A stretch of 64,000 bases of DNA, from the NCBI GenBank assembly GCA_030673645.1, contig DAOVIO010000008.1, positions 487 through 64,486 of the forward strand, given 5' to 3'. This stretch comes from Bacteroidales bacterium. Its GTDB lineage: Bacteria; Bacteroidota; Bacteroidia; Bacteroidales; GCA-2748055. The notes below the pieces were generated by a model. The model saw only the letters and a list, made by a program, of their open reading frames with translations. It was not told the DNA's origin and searched no databases. Shown one piece after another: positions 59,628 through 64,000 of the stretch. The position numbers were made by a program, and so were the translations under genes. The first letter of the stretch is position 1. Every line of letters starts with the position of its first letter.

Positions 59628-60644
59628 ATGGATAAACTACCAATTGAAATATTGAAAAAAATTAGCAATAGGAAAATTGTCAGCCTAATCGTAATTCCTT
59701 TGCTTGTTGCATTTTTGGTAAACCTATATTTGATATTTTATTTCGAGAGATTTAGCCCCAATCCTTTCTATTTTATTGTAAATAAAAAACTTAGTATTTT
59801 AAAAAAAATTGATAAGAAAGTTGATTGGCTTGTTGTTGGTGATTCCAGTGGCAATCAGGGTGTAAATCCTGCAATTATTAAAGATTCCATTGGGGGTTCA
59901 TCTTATAATCTGTGCACCTTTGCCGATATGGGTCTAATGGATGGTTGTTGGATGCTTGATTATCTGATTAAAAGTGATTTAGCTCCGAAAAATGTTATTA
60001 TGGTTCAGGTCTATGATAGCTGGAATAGAAATGTATATCCTGCTTTATTTGGACAATATCCTTTTAGCTGGATATACAGGAAGGCTGTTGAACCCGAATT
60101 ATTTATTCCAGAACAATATCGGAAAGATGTATTTTACTCTCATTTTCTACCAATTATTCATCAGGCAGACAGAATTCCTGATCGTATAAAAACTTTGCGA
60201 AGTTTTAAGCAGAAATTGGCTTATATTGATGATAACGGATATAATCCATATACTTTTGGTGTGAATGAATACGAGATCAATGCTGATTTTAAGTATCACC
60301 TGAAGTATACAACTGATAGAGAGCCCTATATATCTCCTCATAACTTGATTGCAATTAAATATTTACAAGAAATATCAGAAAATACCGATATCAATATTTA
60401 CCTTGCTAATAGTCCCCTACATGATGAATTATTTGCAGATAGTACATTTAATAAATTTTACACGAAACTAAATGAGATCATTTCCAGTCATTTTAATGAA
60501 TCGGGAAGGGTTCATTATATAAATAATCCTCCAATATTATTCAATAAGAGTCTGTTGCAAAGCTCAGATCATTTAACTGATGAAGGAGCAGAAATTTTCA
60601 CGCGACATTTGTTAAAAGAAATATCTAAAGCTAAGCTGGAATGA
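59628..60644 (+). CDS. Membrane-anchored SGNH/AlgJ-like partner of the MBOAT protein
   Basis: Has an N-terminal TM, a GDS-type block (WLVVGDSSGNQG) and a C-terminal SDHLTDEG (D-x-x-H-like). It starts 3 nt after the MBOAT stop. Confidence 0.55.
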   Translation: MDKLPIEILKKISNRKIVSLIVIPLLVAFLVNLYLIFYFERFSPNPFYFIVNKKLSILKKIDKKVDWLVVGDSSGNQGVNPAIIKDSIGGSSYNLCTFADMGLMDGCWMLDYLIKSDLAPKNVIMVQVYDSWNRNVYPALFGQYPFSWIYRKAVEPELFIPEQYRKDVFYSHFLPIIHQADRIPDRIKTLRSFKQKLAYIDDNGYNPYTFGVNEYEINADFKYHLKYTTDREPYISPHNLIAIKYLQEISENTDINIYLANSPLHDELFADSTFNKFYTKLNEIISSHFNESGRVHYINNPPILFNKSLLQSSDHLTDEGAEIFTRHLLKEISKAKLE

Positions 60645-60708
60645 TTCTAAACTGTAAGACTAAATTATTCATTCTGAAAAAATTAAAAGCTATCTGATAA
60701 TTTATATT

Positions 60709-60716
60709 TAGCTTTG
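60709..60716 (+). promoter_or_regulatory. Candidate -7 promoter box (TAGCTTTG) ahead of the SAM riboswitch
   Basis: Exact TAnnTTTG match about 30 nt upstream of the riboswitch P1. Confidence 0.4.
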
Positions 60717-60747
60717 CAAGCAAATAAATCTTTCCAAATCGGGATGA

Positions 60748-60849
60748 TTTATATAGAAGAGGGGAGAGAACAGGCTCTTTGAACCTCTAGCAACCGGCCC
60801 ACCTCGGGAAATGGTGCTAATACCTGACCCCATTATGGGGAATTATAAA
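60748..60849 (+). promoter_or_regulatory. SAM-I (S-box) riboswitch
   Basis: P1 pairs UUUAUA with UAUAAA. The core reads AGAGGGGAGAGAACAGGCUCUUUGAACCUCUAGCAACC...GGUGCUAAUACCUGACCCCAUUAUGGGGAA. This matches the conserved SAM-I blocks (GAGGGA-like, GGCNC..UGAA..CC, GCAACC, GGUGCUAA..CC). Confidence 0.8.
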
Positions 60850-60924
60850 TTGTTTTTAAACCCACAATAATAAAAACATAACTGTATATCAGTCTGTTTC
60901 AGATTATTGAATAAATAAAGTATT

Positions 60925-62076
60925 ATGACAAAAGGAAAAACTCTAGGGGAGATAAATGAAAAGATATCGCGTGGAGAAGCAATTGTATTAACTGCTGAAG
61001 AAGTTTCTGAAATGGCTAATGACATGAGCCCTGAGGAGATATTAAAGAAAGTTGATGTTGTGACTACGGCAACATTCGGCCCGATGTGTTCCTCAGGTAT
61101 GTTTGTTAATTTCGGACATTCAGATCCTCCCATACGAATGGAAAAGGTTACATTGAACAATGTGCCAGTTCATTCTGGAATAGCGGCAGTTGATGTTTAT
61201 GTTGGTGCCACGGAAGAAAACCCATTCAATGAAAAATATGGCGGTGCTCATGTTATCGAAGATTTAATCTCTGGAAAAAAAGTCAAATTAAAGGCTTCAG
61301 CTAAAGGTACAGATTGTTATCCTGAAACAGAGCTCGAAACATATATCACCAAAGAATCTGTTAACGAAATGTTCATGTTTAATCCAAGGAATTCCTATCA
61401 GAATTATCCTTGTGCTATAAATACTTCCGGAAAGATTATTAATACCTATATGGGTTCTTTGTTGCCTAATATTGGAAGTGCTACCTTTTCAACATCAGGT
61501 GAGCTTAGCCCATTGCTTAACGATCCTGAAATGAAGACAATTGGAATAGGGACACGAATATTCCTTGGGGGAACTGAAGGTTATGTGGCATGGAATGGTA
61601 CACAATTTAAAACTACTGGTGAAAAAAATGATCATGGAATTCCTATTGGAAATTCAGCCACCTTAGCAGTTATTGGTAATGCAAAAGACATGAGTCCTGA
61701 ATATATTAAGGCCGCATATTTCGAGAAATATGGAGTCAGTATATTTATTGGAATTGGAATTCCCATACCAATTCTGGATGTGGAAATTGCAAAAGCGGTA
61801 TCGATTAGAAATAGCCAGATAAACACAAATATTTGCGATTATAGTAAGCCTGATCATCCTGTAGTTGGTACTACCGATTATGAGAGTCTTTTCTCAGGTG
61901 TAATAACACTGGATGGTAAAAAAATAAGGACAGCATCATTGTCAAGTGTATTTAAAGCCCGGATTATTGCCGAGGAACTTAAAAGTTGGATTAAAGATGG
62001 AAAATTCTTACTTACAAATCCGGTCAGTTTATTCCCTGCAGAAACCAAATTGAACAAATTAGAAAGGAGAGATTAA
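60925..62076 (+). CDS. Homocysteine biosynthesis protein (COG1900/DUF39 family)
   Basis: EINEKISRGEAIVLTAEEV...VDVVTTATFGPMCSSGMFVNFGHSDPPIRM matches the methanogen COG1900 N-terminal pattern. Confidence 0.87.
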   Translation: MTKGKTLGEINEKISRGEAIVLTAEEVSEMANDMSPEEILKKVDVVTTATFGPMCSSGMFVNFGHSDPPIRMEKVTLNNVPVHSGIAAVDVYVGATEENPFNEKYGGAHVIEDLISGKKVKLKASAKGTDCYPETELETYITKESVNEMFMFNPRNSYQNYPCAINTSGKIINTYMGSLLPNIGSATFSTSGELSPLLNDPEMKTIGIGTRIFLGGTEGYVAWNGTQFKTTGEKNDHGIPIGNSATLAVIGNAKDMSPEYIKAAYFEKYGVSIFIGIGIPIPILDVEIAKAVSIRNSQINTNICDYSKPDHPVVGTTDYESLFSGVITLDGKKIRTASLSSVFKARIIAEELKSWIKDGKFLLTNPVSLFPAETKLNKLERRD

Positions 62077-62077
62077 T

Positions 62078-62485
62078 ATGAAAAAGCGACTTGTACTAAC
62101 TTTCCCGGCAAATCGCGTTAACGAGCCGGTTACATACAAATTGATTAAGGAATATGATATACTCGTGAATATTCTTAATGCTGATATTACACCTGGAAGA
62201 AAGGGTAAATTACTTGTTGAGTTGAAATCATCAAAGGAAAACATTGATAAGGCCATCAATTATATTGAAAGTACGGAAATTCAATGGAGTCCTGCTGTTA
62301 AAAGCATACAACTCGATTACGACAATTGCATTCACTGCGGAAGTTGTTCATCTGTTTGCTTTGCTGAGGCCTTGGAAATGGATAGTGATACCAGGAAACT
62401 CATATTTACTCCTGAAAAATGTATTATTTGTGAACTTTGTCTTACTGCATGTCCATTACAATTATTCGATTTGAAACTTACTTGA
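62078..62485 (+). CDS. NIL-domain / 4Fe-4S ferredoxin protein (partner of COG1900)
   Basis: N-terminal NIL-like (LVLTFPANRVNEPVTYKLIKEYDILVNILNADI) plus two Cys clusters, CIHCGSCSSVC and CIICELCLTACP. Confidence 0.87.
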   Translation: MKKRLVLTFPANRVNEPVTYKLIKEYDILVNILNADITPGRKGKLLVELKSSKENIDKAINYIESTEIQWSPAVKSIQLDYDNCIHCGSCSSVCFAEALEMDSDTRKLIFTPEKCIICELCLTACPLQLFDLKLT

Positions 62486-63228
62486 TGTATGAACCCAGAA
62501 CATACCGTAAAAATCTAAATACAGATCGATTTGAATATGCCAGAATAATTGTTGAAGAATCGGATTTATGGTTAGGAATTGAAAAGAGCAGAATTAAAAA
62601 AGTAGACCAAAAGCTTGTTCAAAATGAAATACTTCGACTAAGGACAATTTTAAAAGATTATATTGGCTTGAATCCGGATTTCCTTCAATCAATGAAACCA
62701 ATTGAAATTTATGAGAATGATCCGCCAATTATTAAAAAGCTTAAAGAAACGGGAATCATAAGTCATACTGGACCAATGACCGGCGTTGCCGGTCTGATTG
62801 CAGAACTAATTACTAATTTTATTCAAAATTCTTTTGATATTCAGGAAGTTATTGTTGAAAACGGTGGGGATATTTGCATGAAGATAAATTCAGAATTAAA
62901 TCTTGCTGTTGCAGCAGGCAAGAATTCCGGTTTTAATAATTTGGGCCTTAAAATTTTACCCTCTGAAGAAGTAATCGGGATTTGCAGTTCCTCAGGAACA
63001 TTTGGTCACTCTATTAGCTTTGGAAAAGCTGATTTATTAACAGTTATTTCGCATGACACCACACTTGCTGATGCATGGGCAACATCACTGGCAAATAAAA
63101 TTAATAAAGAAGAAGATATCCAGACTTTATGTAATATCCTACCTGAAAATATTATAGGACTTTTAGCAATAAAAGATAAAAAGATTGCATATAAAGGAGA
63201 TTATGAATTACTTAAGTTAGCGCACTAA
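62485..63228 (+). CDS. UPF0280 (ApbE-like) family protein
   Basis: The start ATG overlaps the upstream TGA (TGATG). MTGVAGLIAE...ENGGDI...SSGTFGHSISFGKAD...ADAWATSLAN has the ApbE-like pattern. The track start at 62437 is less likely. Confidence 0.7.
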   Translation: MYEPRTYRKNLNTDRFEYARIIVEESDLWLGIEKSRIKKVDQKLVQNEILRLRTILKDYIGLNPDFLQSMKPIEIYENDPPIIKKLKETGIISHTGPMTGVAGLIAELITNFIQNSFDIQEVIVENGGDICMKINSELNLAVAAGKNSGFNNLGLKILPSEEVIGICSSSGTFGHSISFGKADLLTVISHDTTLADAWATSLANKINKEEDIQTLCNILPENIIGLLAIKDKKIAYKGDYELLKLAH

Positions 63229-63252
63229 TTCTTATCATCTTCGTCGTCTGAT

Positions 63253-63612
63253 TTATTTCGGGATCTTTTTAAAATGGCGGGCAAATTCTTTTTCGGCATT
63301 TATCTGTTCTTCAGTTAGATAAGGAGCAAGATTTTCATGAAATTCTTCAAGAAAATCCATATATTGTTTATATGTACATTTTCTCAAAGAGTCGAATCTA
63401 AGACCATATTCTTCAACAATTGGCGTTAATATTTCAATCTGTTCTTCAGTAGGATTTATCCTGTTAAATGTCCGGTCTTTAAAAGACTCTTTGGAGCGCA
63501 TACTTCTTACATCCTTCGTTTTGTAATGATGAATCTGATTTGCTGAAATAAAACCTATTGCAGCTCCTATGAGTAAAGAAATTAGTATTACAATTGATGC
63601 CCGTGTTTTCAT
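63253..63612 (-). CDS. Membrane-anchored periplasmic protein with LTxxQ-like motifs (Spy/CpxP-like)
   Basis: Has an N-terminal TM plus PTEEQIEIL and LTEEQINAE motifs. Confidence 0.5.
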   Translation of the reverse strand: MKTRASIVILISLLIGAAIGFISANQIHHYKTKDVRSMRSKESFKDRTFNRINPTEEQIEILTPIVEEYGLRFDSLRKCTYKQYMDFLEEFHENLAPYLTEEQINAEKEFARHFKKIPK

Positions 63613-63630
63613 TTTTTCTGTATTTAAGTA

Positions 63631-63966
63631 TTATTCAAGAATCAGATAACCTATAAAATTATTCTCGTTAACACTAGGAGAGCCAAGGAAAGCCTCCAAA
63701 TTAATTTCTCCATTTATGACTATCATTCCTAAAATAAACAGGATAATAATAATACTGGAAATTGTTATTAACCTGGGTAATAATGAAGATAAACCTCTTA
63801 AAAAATCGATTGATGGATCTACATCAAGCATATTTTCTAATCTTGCAGTAAGTCTGTTTGAAAATCCATCCCGAAAAGAAAACTGAATTTGATTCAGTTC
63901 AGCCAATTTTTCATCAAGAACAAACTTATTTTCCTTTTTTCTTTTTAATATGTTCATAATTATCAA
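63631..63966 (-). CDS. Small single-TM membrane protein (possible anti-sigma-like partner)
   Basis: An internal TM (LITISSIIIILFILGMIVI). It lies directly upstream of the LTxxQ gene on the same strand. Confidence 0.45.
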   Translation of the reverse strand: MIIMNILKRKKENKFVLDEKLAELNQIQFSFRDGFSNRLTARLENMLDVDPSIDFLRGLSSLLPRLITISSIIIILFILGMIVINGEINLEAFLGSPSVNENNFIGYLILE

Positions 63967-64000
63967 TAGTTAAAGATAATTTTTTAAAATCTTTTTAAGT

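Overview
AT-rich chromosomal segment with Bacteroidota hallmarks: cargo proteins with T9SS C-terminal sorting domains, a MoxR/DUF58/BatA-E aerotolerance operon, and TAnnTTTG -7 promoter boxes. Most of the window is housekeeping (secA, dapA, ligA, truA, aroE, ffh, folD, argS). Between these lie several accessory features. (i) A decaying two-component cluster at the left edge, including a hybrid histidine kinase split by an in-frame TAG. (ii) A cobalamin-riboswitch-led BtuFCD-type ABC uptake locus that also encodes a DUF4465-like lipoprotein and a T9SS trypsin-like protease. (iii) An IS66-family insertion sequence. (iv) A roughly 6 kb gene island (43.3-49.4 kb) bracketed by the same C-rich word repeat. 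(v) An MBOAT/SGNH-like pair. (vi) A SAM-I riboswitch controlling a methanogen-type homocysteine synthesis cluster (COG1900, NIL-ferredoxin, UPF0280). The island is the best candidate for a new system. It carries a tightly coupled operon of an XRE regulator, a RecQ-like helicase fused to a ComF-type phosphoribosyltransferase domain, and a DprA-like protein. This looks like a helicase-extended relative of the DprA+PRTase anti-phage gene pair, or a repurposed ComFA/ComFC/DprA ssDNA-handling triad. The intergenic DNA is also unusual. It contains nested inverted-repeat elements built from short GT-rich words, GC-rich mini-hairpin mosaics, and tandem 7-12 nt word tracts placed exactly at gene ends. 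No rRNA, tRNA or CRISPR array was seen. All calls rest on reading the sequence and the supplied ORF translations; no database search was run.
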